A stretch of DNA of 63,860 bases, counting the filler, from Kipferlia bialata (lineage: Eukaryota), in assembly GCA_003568945.1 (NCBI GenBank). It is 3 parts of 3 records of this genome, joined end to end, with 100 filler letters (N's around TTAATTAATTAA, not from the genome) between each part and the next. Parts side by side here need not be neighbours in the genome. Positions count along the whole stretch, not along the records: positions 21,382 to 42,590 come from BDIP01000333.1; positions 42,691 to 63,860 come from BDIP01000334.1; 1 more part is not named here. One strand, written 5' to 3'. Each line of letters opens with the position of its first letter. The first letter of the stretch is position 1. This document shows positions 26,905-42,756 of the stretch, piece by piece. Under the pieces are notes generated by a model, which searched no databases, was not told the DNA's origin, and saw only the letters and a list, made by a program, of their open reading frames with translations. The position numbers and the translations under genes are program-made.

Positions 26905-29900
26905 TCACATGTCCATATCCACATCCTCCATACCCTCCGTCAACAACTCCTGAAGCCTCTCTCTCTCCTCCCCCTTTCTTGACCACTGGATGTTCCATAC
27001 AGCCTCAGCTACTGACTGACCCACTCCGCAGTCATCTAGCGAGCACTGAGGATAAGAATATAGAATCATGATATTCACATGAAACACAGGATACCATCAC
27101 AGAAACCCATGCAGAACTCGCAGTATATGATAATCATACTAGCTAGGAGCACAATGCCGTACCAGGAATGTTGACACTTCACTTGGTATCGCCACACCAA
27201 TAGCCACCGCCCCTCGGTCTCCAATGGGGTTGCCGTCCATGTTCAGCTATACATCAGAGTGGACAAAGAATGATTGAATAGACACATACCATTTCTATTG
27301 GACTCGATGATACTAATCCTCACTCACACCTCTGCGAGACATATATATCAGGACACATGAATAATCACTGTTACGGTATGATACAGTATCATTGATACCG
27401 TACTTAGTATCACTTTGAATTGATTCCCACACCCACCTCTTCCAGCACTGGCAGGTGTCTCATGGCCTGTGCGAGGGAGATAGCGCCCACAGATGTGATG
27501 CCGTTGTTGGAGAGGCACATCTAAGAGTGAGCATACGTACTCACACGTCATTCAATGAATGGGTCAGAGTGCTGCAGTGAGTAACAAGTAAATATGCACC
27601 TGCTGGAGTCTAGGCACATGCATCAGTCCATCTGCTATTGCCAACATGCCGATGTCTGATATGTGGTTGGAGCCCAAATTGAGCTAGGATTAAGGAAGAG
27701 AATCTAGGCGAATGTCTTGGGTAGAAAGCAAGACTTTTACGTTATCACATGGCAGATGGCACCTTCATCAGCATGGGCAGGTGCAACAGAGACTCAGCTA
27801 GGACTGTGGCATCGGATGGGGTCATACCCACATTGTGTAGGTGGATCTGGGTGTTAGGAGTATAGTGTAGTCACACTCATTGTCTAGATACAGCTGGGTG
27901 TCACTAGGGTAATGACGAAAGTATCAAGTGGTAATCAGGACTGCTTACCTCAGTCAGTCCCGGGAAGAGTGTCAGGGCACCAAAGAGGGTACAGTGGCTT
28001 GAACCGCCAACATGTGAGGTGTCATCAACTATGCAAAGCTAATCGTCAAAGTGAACAAGTTAAACCTAGTGATGCGACGGATACGGAGAGGTAGGTGTAT
28101 GATTACACAGATACAACAATCATACATACACACACACAAAGTATTACCTGTCCACTTCCTTGACGATGGCACTCCCTCAGTCTCTCAACCACCCAGGCGT
28201 CACCACACCTGGCACAGTACTCATCCAGCGCTCTCTGTCTCTCTGCCTACAGTTATACAGGCAGATATGAGGGAGACACATCAGAGTACAGATAGAGTGT
28301 GTGGATAATCAGTGTGTAATACGTACCAGCACTGGGTGTGTCTTTGCTTCCAGGTCTGCTAGCAGTCTCTTGGCTACAGAGCGGCTCTGGCTTGTTGGTA
28401 GCTTTACCCTGCTGTCAAGATGAATATGTATATCTCCACTATATCACATGTAGTGCTAATACTGTAGTCTGTCGATACCTGAAGTCAAGTATGCTCTTGA
28501 TGCTGTCTTCGATAGAGGCTGGGGCACCACAGTCATCAATACAGAGCTGGCGGTAAGGCTGCAGAGCCAAAGGCACTCATACACTATACAATACGCAAAT
28601 AGTTGCAATGTCGGTACCCACCTCCTTTAAGCGTCTCCTCTTTGGTAGCTGTCTGGCCAGGCCAAGACACCCACTCACACCGATGTTGTTCTTGCTCAGA
28701 TCTAGCTGCAAGGTCAGATAGGCCAGACTATATTCAAGATGGTTAATGCAACATCTACAAAAGAGACTGTCCGATATATATCGAGTTCATACTTACCGCC
28801 TTCAGTCTGGGCACCAGTCTGGTATCCATTCCACGACAGAGGACAGATACCCCCGCTGCTGATATGTGGTTCTCACTGAGGTACAACTGGGGGTTGGAGT
28901 TGAGAACTAGACAGATACGAGTGAATACCAGTAGAGTCCTTAGAGGGGGGGTAGGTCACCATTCACGACCCGTCCTATAGAACATACGAGTACATATTTG
29001 ATATATACATGATGAGCCAGAGGGAGAGATACCTCCTCGAGCAGGGGTATATGGTGCAGGTTGTCGACCAAGCACTGTAGGGATGTGTCTCTTAAGCCAC
29101 ACTCAATGAGGGTCAGCTGAGAGTCAGACACCTGACGTACACATGTACGTGTCTACGTTACAGAGTATATAGTAGACAAGTTTGAGGGTTGTATATGTCT
29201 CACCGTTGTCAGCCTTGGCACTGTGGCCAGGGACCTAGAAAGGGACATGACATCACCAGACTTCATGGGCAGGTAGGGGAGCCACAGCTGAGAGTTAGCT
29301 CCTCCTCATGTGTACACATATAGTAATCGCGTCCAGCATTCGTAGTGTGAGGTATAGGCTTGTGGATGTTGTGTGTCTGTAATACCTCCTCCAGATCTGG
29401 GAACAAGGGGAATGCCCCTGTGAGTGTGGTAAGACTTGTGTCACAGGCCTTGTCGGCATCTGGTTCATCGTTCAATCCCATCTGGTGTGAGGGTGAATAT
29501 AACACATTCACAACAGAACACAATGGGTGTGTGCTTGCAATATACACTGGCTCACTGTCGACATTCATGTGTATATATGATATAAATTGCATTCATACCC
29601 TTGTCCCTCCATGACAGTAGCACCCCCGCACCGACCATGTGACCCACTTGTCAGAACAGGTAAGGATGAAGGCAGTGACTGCATTGTCATACTGGGTCCA
29701 CTCGGCCTGGAATGAGACCAGACTAGGGACACGACTTATTATCAAGAGCAAGTATATATACTGTCATAATACATGTGTGTCTATGTGCCACGTACCAGCC
29801 TTGTCTGTGCATGGTGCATCAGCCTTTGCACTGCAGTGTATCTGTCACCCTGCTGTGCTGATAGTACCTCCTCTACCATCTCACTGATACATGGGGGGAC

Positions 29901-31165
29901 ACCACAGTTGGCAATACAGAGCTTGGGGTTAAGATTCTTAACTTAAGAACCATCTTCCACTATATTTACACACAAATAATTAGAATAGTGTGCATGTCTC
30001 GTACTACTCCTCTAATACATACCGTCTTCATACTGGGCATGTCTGCCAGGGCCCTTCCTAGACTGATGGCACCAGCTGCTCCAAGGTAGTTCCACCTGAG
30101 ATGGAGCTGGGGTAAAGACGACAGTTATACAGAAGAAGAGAGTATATGTACTCAGAGGCTAGATGTAAGCATATATGGTGAATATTCATACCTCACTTAG
30201 GCGTGGACACACTCCACTGGCTAGTGTCTCTGACAGCTCTTGTGCTCCAGTAGCTGTGATGTGGTTGCTTCTCAGACAGAGCTGGAGGGAGAAGAGGGCA
30301 AGCAATGACAAGAGATATAGTGTACTTGCAGTTTCCGGTGATATGAACTTGAGAGACAAGAGATAGGGACAAGTGGCCTCTGAATACTACGGTAATGAGA
30401 CAGTGTGCAGTACTTTGCACACCTTGTGAAGCTGTGGCAGATGAGGTAGGCTAGGGCAGATGGTTCCAATGTCCTCGTCACCCATGTCGGTACTATCCAG
30501 GTCTAGCTAGGATTAAGAAGTAATTCCGGGACAGAATGGGAGGTCAAGTGCAGGAAAATACACACAATAACACTACATACCTTCTCCAGCATTGGCACAT
30601 GCAGCAATGCTTCTGCTAGTGCCTGCACATCACCGCTGCTCATTGTCTTACTACTCAGGTTGAGCTGGTGGGTCAGGAGAGAGTGGGGGGGGAAGCAGAG
30701 ACTGGAAGAACCAACTACAAGACATTCTGGTGTAAAAGAGCATATATGTGTGATACTGAGAGTATTAAAAGGGTTCCGTGTAGCCTACACGGACCGTGTG
30801 GGGGGGTCACTTACCACTCTGAGTCCAGGGAACAGAGGAATGGCTCTTATGAGAGTGCGTGCCTCATCAATACCCTCCTCGCAGTAGGTGTCGCAGCCCA
30901 GCTCAGGTGAGAGTGGAGAGAGGGGGAGAGAGAGAGTTGAAAAGGAATATGCTATTATCAGACCATTGCGGTCTCATATATAGAGAGTGGATAACACAAC
31001 ATAGAGACATTTGTTCTAATCGGTCTGGTGGCGCCACATGAATGATAATCCAAAGCGTGTAGAACCTACCTTAACCCCTCCTCCCTCCTCACACTCTAGC
31101 ACTCTCTCCACAACCCACTCATCTTGACACCCATCACAGACAGCCAGGACAGACGCAGACACCAT
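26905..31165 (-). CDS. Ribonuclease-inhibitor-like leucine-rich repeat protein, roughly one repeat per exon
   Basis: Exon peptides LHLSWNYLGAAGAISLGRALADMPSMK, LYLSENHISAAGVSVLCRGM, LDLSKNNIGVSGCLGLARQL, LNLGSNHISDIGMLAIADGL, MCLSNNGITSVGAISLAQAM, LNMDGNPIGDRGAVAIG. Start MVSASVLAVC at 31165; stop at 26905. Confidence 0.85.
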
Positions 31166-31530
31166 TGCAGGGTGGTATATACACGCTTTGAGAGCGTCGC
31201 TCTTGTATGTTGTATGAGTGAATACATAGAGAGAGAGAGTGTGGACACTGCACTATGAGCAGTGACAATTGGCCACACACTTTAACTCTACAGTGTACTA
31301 CTGGACCCTTTTCTCAGTTTTTCGTCGATACATATGGACCGTTATAGTGACCATATATGCAATGCACATAACGGCTAGGTTACACACGCGTTGTGTAGAT
31401 TGCGTCAAAAATGCGGGGAAAGACCCAACCTGACATTTTCTATGAAACCCCGTTCGTTCTCCGTTCACATATTCAGTGTGAAACTAACTGCCTGCTCTAT
31501 TCACCCCATACGCCAAGGGAAGAGCGATAG

Positions 31531-33391
31531 ATGGAAGACACGACAAGGGACCTGATATACACCATCGCTCTTGGATCCTTCATTATTGAGCTCACATACT
31601 CATTTGCCCTGCTACGGTGGAGAAAGAGGTGGGTTGTCCAACTATATATACCATGTGTCTTGGGGTTTATGGCACCACTGTCCTATACTTATACACTTCC
31701 TCTCGCACCTTCACTTACTTCTGCAGACTGCATAGAAACATGCCACCCTGCTCTTCTCAGTTGTTCTTTCACATTCTCTGTTACTGCGTCAAGCTCTATG
31801 TATGTATAGGTATATGTGTGTCCATCCTAGTCTTGGTATCATAGCGATTTTAGTATGATGTTAACCTTCACCCACAGGTTTTTAGCTAACCGTACCAGAC
31901 TCTTTCGCATTCTCTCATTACATATTGAATAATACACTATGTCCGTTTGTTCTAACCCCCAGGTCTTCCCCCCACCGTGCCTCTGTTAGATGTCTGACCC
32001 TGACCTATGCCATGGAGTAAGTGGCCTCTCTCTCTTCTTCCTCTCTCTCTCTCTAGGTATATATGTGCCTATCCAGTCATAGACCTCTATCAAGACGTAT
32101 TTTTTCTGGCCCCCCGCTACATGTTGTTGTTCTCTCTCTCTGTCTGTGTCTCTATATATCCTGCCTCACCCCCAGCATGATCACTCTTCTAGTAGTCATT
32201 GCCAAGGTCAATGCCGGGCTGCCCGTCTGGATCCAGAGCACATACTCATTCCTCACATGGGGGTTCAGTGGCCTCATGCTGATCCCACTTAACACGGTGT
32301 TCATTAAGGTGGGGTTATGTTTTCTTGTCAACAGACGCTATATTTTCACTTAATGAGTATTCACCTTGAAGACAAGTTTCTCTCTAAAGACAGGCGTTCC
32401 ACGGGATGTACTCTGTCTCCCACTACAAGAGGGTTCGCTCCATCAGCCGTGTTGTCTCCATAGTACTGGGCACCCTGGCCCTAGTCATCTATGGATGGGA
32501 TACTGTCTATACCTATGGGTATGTGATGTCTCTCCATCCAGCCTGTCTAAGTAAATCTTTACACCAGTTATTCCCAATCGGACTCAACCCATACCACAGA
32601 GTCCTTTGATACCCATGAGACACTGGTATCCACACTGTACAAGGCAGTGTACATGGCAGAGGTGGGTTACTGTTACACCACTAGACTAGTGGTCCACTAG
32701 TGTATATACTTACATGTATGTGTGGCGGTAAAAAACTAATTATTTACATACACTGTACAAGGCAGTGTACATGGCAGAGGTGGGGTAACTGTAGTATATG
32801 TATATATGTGTCTGCAAGAGGGTGATGTATAAATGTATCTACTGTCCACAGCAGTGTATATGGCAGATGATTGTCAAGACAGTATCAGACTGATACTATC
32901 AGTGTTGCATATAGTGTCTATCCTGCCGATGCAACGTATAATGTTCCCCGTACTCCCAGAGAGACTAGAAGTACCCCCCCCGCATATCAGGTAACAACTG
33001 TAGTATGCCACCATATCAGTATATGTTATTATGAAAATTCATGTCTTATGTCAGCTTGTGTAGTAGGGTGCCATTATGACCTCCATATCTATCTGCAAGT
33101 ATATAGATATACGTCATGTCATGTAGTACGACTAAGAGGTGTATATACAAGAACTGGGTTCATACATATATCTCATATCAGGTTGTGCAGCTGGGTGCCA
33201 TCCTGACCTCCATGTCCCTCCATGCATGCACCATGACCAGAAGGATACAGATGACCAGCCCCACTGACTTCAGGAAGACGTCAACAAGAGAACGCAGGTG
33301 GCGGATTGTTATGATGTTGATTCATTATACCATATTTCCTATATGGGGTCATTTACCATTTTCCTTTGCGCTGGGATGTGTTTCTTGCTGA
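31531..33391 (+). CDS. Hypothetical multi-pass membrane protein (3' end uncertain)
   Basis: Several hydrophobic segments across spliced exons: LIYTIALGSFIIELTYSFALL; YSFLTWGFSGLMLIPLNTVFI; VVSIVLGTLALVIYGW; VVQLGAILTSMSL. Confidence 0.55.
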
Positions 33392-33848
33392 TGCCAGTCT
33401 TTCCTCCAAGCTGATCGCCCTTCCTTTAGTCGTAGCCTCCTATGCCATATCCACTGGCCTGATAGCATGGGCCACCCTGCACAAACCAAGTGCGGTGGAT
33501 ATACTGACTGTAGTGTGCAACCAGGTATTGTAGCTCCCTTTTGCATTATACACTGTCTTTCATCTAAAGTCCCTGACCAAAAGGTAGAAACGTTATCCCT
33601 CTGTCTCCTAATGTATCCTGGCAAGCCAACTCAGAGTATACCTGAGTTTACAGGACGTGTCTCCGTTTGAGGGCTCATTTGAGTTATTCGGTGTGTTTGC
33701 ACCGCAACTACATTATAGAATCTAGAGATCTAGAGAAGTATTTCACGTCAAGTGGCAAAATAGTCTATACTGCATGGTAATGTAAGTACTGCGTCCATGT
33801 ATATTGTCTCCACGTTGATGTCACGTCTCTCTCCCTTCAAGTGAAGCC

Positions 33849-35045
33849 TCAAATGTCTGCCAGCTCTGGCATCCTACGGCACAGGCTGTGCTCCATATAG
33901 TACCTCCAAGCAGAGCTAGCCGTTCCTTGACCCCAGAACCCAGTCTCCCAGTAGGAGTGGAAGGCGTCATACCGCTCATCGCGGACATGGTCTATGTACT
34001 CCCCTCCCCTCTCTGCGTCAGCAGCGTTGGTGAAGACCATAGGGTACTTGACCACTCTCCAGTCCCCCTGTATCTCTCCGTCCCCAATGTGTGGATATTG
34101 TAGGCCGTTACCAAAGGACAGCCGTGCAAAAGTATATATTCCACCTGACAGGGATGCGCACCAATCATCACTTAGAGTATAGAGTCTCATTCCCAAGTCG
34201 GCCTCTTTCCAACAGTACAGTCCCACAATGGGGCTGCCAGGATAGAGTGGTGGTAGAGGTAGTTCCTGCCACTCACCAGAAATGGTGTCTAGGGCGAATA
34301 TCCCACATGAGAACCCCTCGCTACCCCTAAAAGCTACTAAGAACTGCCCTATGCTGTGAACAGACAAGAGTTCCCCGTCCGGAGCCTGACAGAGAGGCCC
34401 CAAACCATTTGAGGGGGAGTAGGTGAAGTAGGCATTAGACCTGTTGTGGAGCTCGGGCTCACCCTCGTCATCCATATGCCGTGTTGTAACAAAGACATAG
34501 ATACAGCTGTCCATCAATGTGACATGGCTAAACTGTCCCTTCCACTCCCAGTCAGGTCCATACGTCCATGTCCTCCCTAGACCCTCTAGAGATATTCGCT
34601 TCCACCCCATAGAACTCTTGTCAAGTTCCAGTCGCCACATAGACTTCCTAAACGTACACCACCTTGTATCACTGTTGTCCTGGTCACTCTCGGCAGGCAG
34701 AAGCCCATCATCTACTGCATAAAGGCAACCGTCTAGTGCGATCACATGCTGTAGCAGACAGTCACCTGTCAGAACACCACTGTACACACTCTCCCACTCA
34801 AGAGTGTCCAAAGACTGTGCTTCCACTACACCAGACGGATTACACTTGTAGAGCACCCCTCCTACTTGTGTCTCTAACTTCCCAGTCCAGAGGTCGTGGA
34901 TGTCAGAATCTAATACTCCAAAGGCCGCTGCGGTCTGAGCATCTGAGGTCACCAGCGGTGTGCGCATAGGCAGTGTCTCTATGACCACAGATGATGCCTT
35001 TGGTGAATACAGAGCATTTAGGGTTACCACCAGACGGTATTGCAC
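33849..35045 (-). CDS. Kelch/galactose-oxidase-type beta-propeller-like protein (start uncertain)
   Basis: 398-codon uninterrupted ORF with blade motifs (VGGVLY; SLDTLEWES; LDGCLYAV; MDSCIYVF; ALDTISGEWQEL). Confidence 0.6.
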   Translation of the reverse strand: MQYRLVVTLNALYSPKASSVVIETLPMRTPLVTSDAQTAAAFGVLDSDIHDLWTGKLETQVGGVLYKCNPSGVVEAQSLDTLEWESVYSGVLTGDCLLQHVIALDGCLYAVDDGLLPAESDQDNSDTRWCTFRKSMWRLELDKSSMGWKRISLEGLGRTWTYGPDWEWKGQFSHVTLMDSCIYVFVTTRHMDDEGEPELHNRSNAYFTYSPSNGLGPLCQAPDGELLSVHSIGQFLVAFRGSEGFSCGIFALDTISGEWQELPLPPLYPGSPIVGLYCWKEADLGMRLYTLSDDWCASLSGGIYTFARLSFGNGLQYPHIGDGEIQGDWRVVKYPMVFTNAADAERGGEYIDHVRDERYDAFHSYWETGFWGQGTASSAWRYYMEHSLCRRMPELADI

Positions 35046-35808
35046 ACGGCCTACATATACTCGTATATCAGTGGTATCATCAATATCTCACTACTCTCCA
35101 AATGCCTACCTCTGACACGTTGAGTGGCTCAGCGATGGGTGGGAGAGCCATGTGGTGCACCAAGTGACAGGGATGTTGCCGAGTCAGAGGGCTAGTGGGG
35201 GCCCATGGCACACTGTGGAGAGGGGATAAGTGGCTGCGGCTACTTGTTAGATCTGGTGGTGGAATCAGGTCCCTGTGAATCCACCAAATGATTCAATAAC
35301 GGGATAGGTCGTAATTGATTGCACTACGACTTAATCAGGCTGTAGTCTACAGTTGTATACTCACTCAGGATACCATACCTAGAGGAGCCAGAGTCAGAGA
35401 CTGACCCACTCTGGTCACTCATGAGGAATATAGGGTTAGAAACGCCGCTTGTAAGGCCACGTCCGTGAATGGACTGTTGCTGGAGAGAGTTGAAGGAAGC
35501 TTGGGGGTATCGATGTGAAGGTGTGCCCAATAAGAGAACGTCAGCGAGATACCCTCAATCAATCATTATCAGTACCACGTCAACTTACCGAATTGCGGCA
35601 ACTATACCTGTCAATGTTGCTTCTTTGTATACTCTCAGCGAAAGCCTAACGTGGAAGAAGAACCACAATCTTTGCCGTTGGTGAAGACTATGAAGAATAT
35701 GAGTCTACACTGTTCACTGATGTTCGGGAGAGAAGACCGACGGATCAGTAAGTGTAGGTTCGTATATGATGGTTTCATCTGTAGAAGGTAGACCCATATT
35801 GGTCACTA

Positions 35809-36533
35809 ATGTCTGTTAGCACTGTCTTATCCAAGATGAGTCGCATTCTCTCCCAGAGTGGAAGCGATCTCTCCGAGGTGGTGAAGGCACTGAACAAGAG
35901 GTGCCAGGAGTGCATCGCTGTCTCTCACACAGACCATGACCACTACTGGTTCACAAGGGACTGCCCCATTGACATGACCATACCTGTTGTCCTACACGGT
36001 GCTGTACGTCAGCTCATGGTATCCTTTGTGGTACCCGCTGACTTTGTCACTGACCTAGGTAGTCTTTCACAAACATGGATGAATACTGTAGAATTACTGT
36101 TATGCACTATGTTTCATTGAACTCTTTTACTGACCTAGGTACAGTGGGTGTCAAGTGGGACATGGAGTATGCCCTTGCCTTCGTGGTGCATGATGTCCTG
36201 TTCTGCTGGAGTGACGACACTATAGTCTGTGGGCCCAAGGGTCTCTGGGGCCACTCCCGCAAGAGGATCGCTGACGCCGCACTCAGGTCTATCCTCTACC
36301 TCTTAGGGTTTGGCAAGTGCAGGTCCACTCTTGTTGAGGCTGCTGTACACCTATTCTCACACTCTGCTTGGAAGGTGCAGGAGTGGGACACCAAGAACAG
36401 GCAGCTATTCAGTCCCGAGGGTAGGCCCAGAGTAGGGTTCATCCCCAGGCACGAGAGGGGTAACAGGAGACGTACCCCTGGGGTCAGCACCCCCGGTGTC
36501 CCTAGGGGATGGGTGGTGCGGCATGTTGCCTAG
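35809..36533 (+). CDS. DUF1353-like protein (bacterial/phage-type family), two exons
   Basis: Exons 35809-36058 and 36139-36533 with an 80-nt phase-1 intron give VVPADFVTDLG|TVGVKWDMEYALAFVVHDVLF...SRKRIADAALRSILYLLG...AAVHLFS, matching the VPAGF.TD.AS / A..HD.LY / R..AD..F..L / AVR.FG pattern. Confidence 0.7.
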
Positions 36534-37014
36534 GTGTCTATGAGTGCTAGAGTCTCTTGCCACAACAGCTCTCCCTTAGTGTCTTCTCTCTTCAGCATGT
36601 TAGAGTAGCTGTTATAGATGCGCATTAGACATAGTGTCTATGAGAGTGTCACACTCGCCTAGAAATGGACACACATTCAATAGACCCAACTATTATACAC
36701 CCTCAGGATCATACTGCAATAGTATCAGAATTGTGTTTTGACAGTGTGCAAACCCATCGCCATATACCTGTTATGCATTTAGACGGTACCTCTCCCTACA
36801 CTAACGACTCACACACAAATAATGACTATTAATTCTAGACACTATGTTTCATCAGCCAGTAGTACTATATCAATACCATGATCAATTGTACCGCCTGTAT
36901 ACAGTCAGTGTTCCACGAGTCATCTATTAATACCAGCTCTGGCACACACACACATTATCCATTTTCACCAACCAGACATCATTCCCTCCCTCTCACACAA
37001 TCTCCCTCAGCCCC

Positions 37015-39960
37015 TCACTTGGGCACCTTGTCCTTCATGACGAAGCTGGTCCTGACCCCATCTATGGACTCAGTACCGTCCACACACAGAGGCACACCTG
37101 AGAGTGAGAAGTAGTATGCATACATTTATACTTACACACACAGGTATATAAAGAGGTATGTATATAAGAGTGATGTGAACGGAGCGTGGACCAAGCACGG
37201 AGGCACACCTGGGGTTCAGACGGTCAGCTATACCTATCTATATACACACTACATATATACTATAGTGAATGTATTGGATATGACATACCGTCAGCGAGGG
37301 GCAGTCTCTTCATGGCATAGTAGATAGTATACATATACACATATAGATGCATAAAGGAGTATGTAAAGGAGACAAAGGACGTACCGTCTGCAAGTGGCAG
37401 TCTCTTCATGGCGTACAGGGTGGTGGGTGCATATGCACCAGAGCGACGGGACAGGTGCAGGGCCTCATAGACCTAGGGTGAGGGAGTGACCAAGATGTAT
37501 ATATCTTAAGTGTGTTTGCAGAGGGTGTCTTGCAATGCTGAGTGTAGAGGAAGTTGATGTACCTGTAGGGAGTGCTTCCCATGGTAAAACCCGATGTTTC
37601 TGTCCTGGCGTAAGAGTGTTGACTCATAGAAACAGTCAAGGAGTGGTGATATCGCACCATTATCTATGAGAGACGTCATATATATATCATACCTTGCTGT
37701 TCTCGAGGTACAAGTGTGACATGTGCTGGGGCAGGTCGCACTGGGCCTTGGCCTAGAATTAGAAGAGAATATTGGTTTTAGAGAGAGAAAAGGGGTTGAT
37801 AGAGTAGGGGGTATACAGAGAGTGCATCGTACCTTGTTCATGAGAGTGGACCCTATCCCCTTGCCCCTCATTATGGAGGAGGCGGTGATGTAGTACACGT
37901 AGAAGTGGTTGTCCTGGGTGTAGGGCTACAAAGAATATAGAGTTATGCAAGGGGTGTAGATAATGAGTAGCATTCTACTATACTTTTGAAACCATACCTG
38001 GGTGTACTTGTGGTGGCACTCACCAAGCCTGCCTAGGAGACTGCCAGCAATAGCAAGGGAAGCTGGAAGTAAGTGATATTATTACCAACATATACACACA
38101 GGGGATACTGGATATATAATAGTATTACTACGTACGGTACTTGAAGCTGGCTGTGACCATGGAGAGGAGAGGGATGGCGGAGACCTGGTCAGCAGTGCCT
38201 GGGGGGCAGCCTGGGATTAGGGCACTAAGTTAGTGCCGCACTAACTCAGCAGAGAGAGAGGGCGGGGAGAGAGAGAGACAAGGACGCACCCAGCATCGCA
38301 GCAGACGGCTGCGTAGGGAGGGATCCCTCAGGGACAAGAAGGGACAGACCCCCATATCTCGCGGACTTGGGGAGGGGGAAGCTGAGGACCATCTGGAGCA
38401 TAACAATCCTGGGTGTGAGTCAATGGTTCTCCTCCAGGAAGTGCGGGGTATACCTGACACCCCGCGGGTGTCTCACTAGGAAGGGGTAGGGAGGGGTGGG
38501 TACCGCTCAGTCTGCTCGGGGAAGCACAGGTTGAACACTCCGTCGTCCTGGGGGTGAGGAAGAGAGTTGAGATATAGAAAAGGTACTTAGTTATAGACTG
38601 TAGTAGGAACACAATTAGTGCTATACATTGGCAGTATATGTAGTGTGCACTCGATACCTCAAAGTTGAGTGCAATGAAGTTGAGGGCGGCACTGAGGTAC
38701 ACGCCGTGGTCAGGGAGGAAGACGCGGTGGATGTGCCCAGTCTGGAGTTGGATATATAGATATACACGCATACATTAGACAATACACTGCAGGTATACAG
38801 CAAGTACAACTGTGATGTAATAAATAGTCACTAGACATCCATACCCTGTCCGTGCTAGGTGCAAAGGGTGTCTCTGACAGGAGGGCGTCGAGAGTCTCCT
38901 GGCTAGGACCCACTGCATCTACAGCCTCAGGCCACTTGACAAGGAGGGAGCCGTGTGGCACAAAGCCTGTATGATGAGAGAGAGACATATCCAAAGAGAG
39001 ACTCAGAGAGGGTGAGAGAGAGAGAGAGCAAGTAGTTGTACCTAGTGATGACAGGTCCAGTCCTTCTTGCACACCCTCCCTGACAATAGCAACAGGGACA
39101 TTCATGAAGAGAGCCTGGGGGTGAGGGAGAAGGGGACAGCAGACAGAGAATGAGAGATGGAGAGAGCAGGAGAGAGAGGGGAGAACACCCTCATATATAT
39201 ATATGTATATATACACCTGCTGCATGTGGAAGGCCAGGAGCTCGGAGGCCCTATCGAGGTCCTCAGCAGCCAAGAGAAATACAGTGAGGTAGGCGGCGTA
39301 GGGCTTGTTGGACTCCGGGTGCACGAGAGGGGTCTGAAGGGGAGAGAGAGAGAGAGAGAGTAAGAGAGGGAGAGAGAACTAGAGTGATGTGTACCTTGTG
39401 CAGCGACTTGCCGAGGTCCTTGGGCAGGGCCTTCAGCAGGTCCTTGGGTAGACCCTAAGGTGAGTGCGAGGGTATGTATGATATATAATACTAGAGTATG
39501 TACATAGTATGTAGTATGCATACCTGTGGCATGCATGGCATCCCAATGCACACGTTGTTGCCATAGGGAGTGTCTGCCTCTGGGGTGCTATTGACAAGGG
39601 TCCTGAGGGTAAGAGGGAGGGGGAGAGAGAGAGAGCGAAGTGAGGACTGACCAGGTTCCAACAAGTCACAGCACAATATGAACTGTGTTGATTGATGCAC
39701 TATACCTGTGGAATGTAAGGAGGGCCTTGATGACTCTCTCGATGCTAGGGTAGTTTGAGAGCAGAGGAACACCCTCCAGAGTCTGGCAATGAGTGTACAT
39801 CAGTGACAAGTCGTGGCAAAACAGAAATAGAACGAAGAATCTCGAAGAAAGCCGTTGCTCAATAATATTCAGGGTATATGATCTATATAATGCACATATA
39901 TACCTTGACATGGGCAGTAAAGGCGTCGTAAGCCGGCTTCCAGGGTGTGATGTATGGCAT
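37015..39960 (-). CDS. Multi-exon protein with a C-terminal GNAT acetyltransferase domain
   Basis: Start MPYITPWKPAYDAFTAHVK. C-terminal exons DNHFYVYYITASSIMRGKGIGSTLMNK|AKAQCDLPQHMSHLYLENSK|DRNIGFYHGKH carry motif A (RGKGIG) and the 'N..FY' motif. Stop TGA at 37017-37015. Confidence 0.75.
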
Positions 39961-40366
39961 ATCGTTCCTTTTGAAGAGAGGAGACAAGCAAATGGTATCG
40001 GTGTGGTGCCAAGAATACGGTTGACTTATTCCAATATCGGTTCCGTCACTTCGGTGTGAAGGTCAAATATCTCTCATTTTGGCACTAACGACAATGCAAT
40101 CACCTGCCAGCGCTGGCCCCAGCAGAGTATACTACTGGATGACATTCCTGTTTAGAGGCAAAGAAAGGCACTGTAATATACTGATAGATACTCTTATCAC
40201 TCACTCCATGTCTATTATCTATTGGACTGGTCCTGGTAACGACACCTTTTAGAGGCTCATGCTCCAGGAGGTTCTTTACATCCTGATTGTAAGTGATCAA
40301 AAGGGAGAGGTTCAGTTTCGGGAATGTATATCGAACAGGTAAAAGTATCAGTAGATCTGGAACTGA

Positions 40367-42506
<2,140 letters not shown>

Positions 42507-42590
42507 CTAGGGTCAGAGAGAAAGTAAGAGAGAGGAAGCGAGTGAGACTCCGGGGGGGGGGGGGGGGGTAAAAAAAAAGGGAAGGGGAAA

Positions 42591-42690
42591 NNNNNNNNNN
42601 NNNNNNNNNNNNNNNNNNNNNNNNNNNNNNNNNNTTAATTAATTAANNNNNNNNNNNNNNNNNNNNNNNNNNNNNNNNNNNNNNNNNNNN
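42591..42690. other. Artificial scaffold linker
   Basis: 44 N + TTAATTAATTAA + 44 N. Confidence 0.97.
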
Positions 42691-42729
<39 letters not shown>

Positions 42730-42756
42730 TCTCTCTCTCTCTCCCCCTTACCATAG

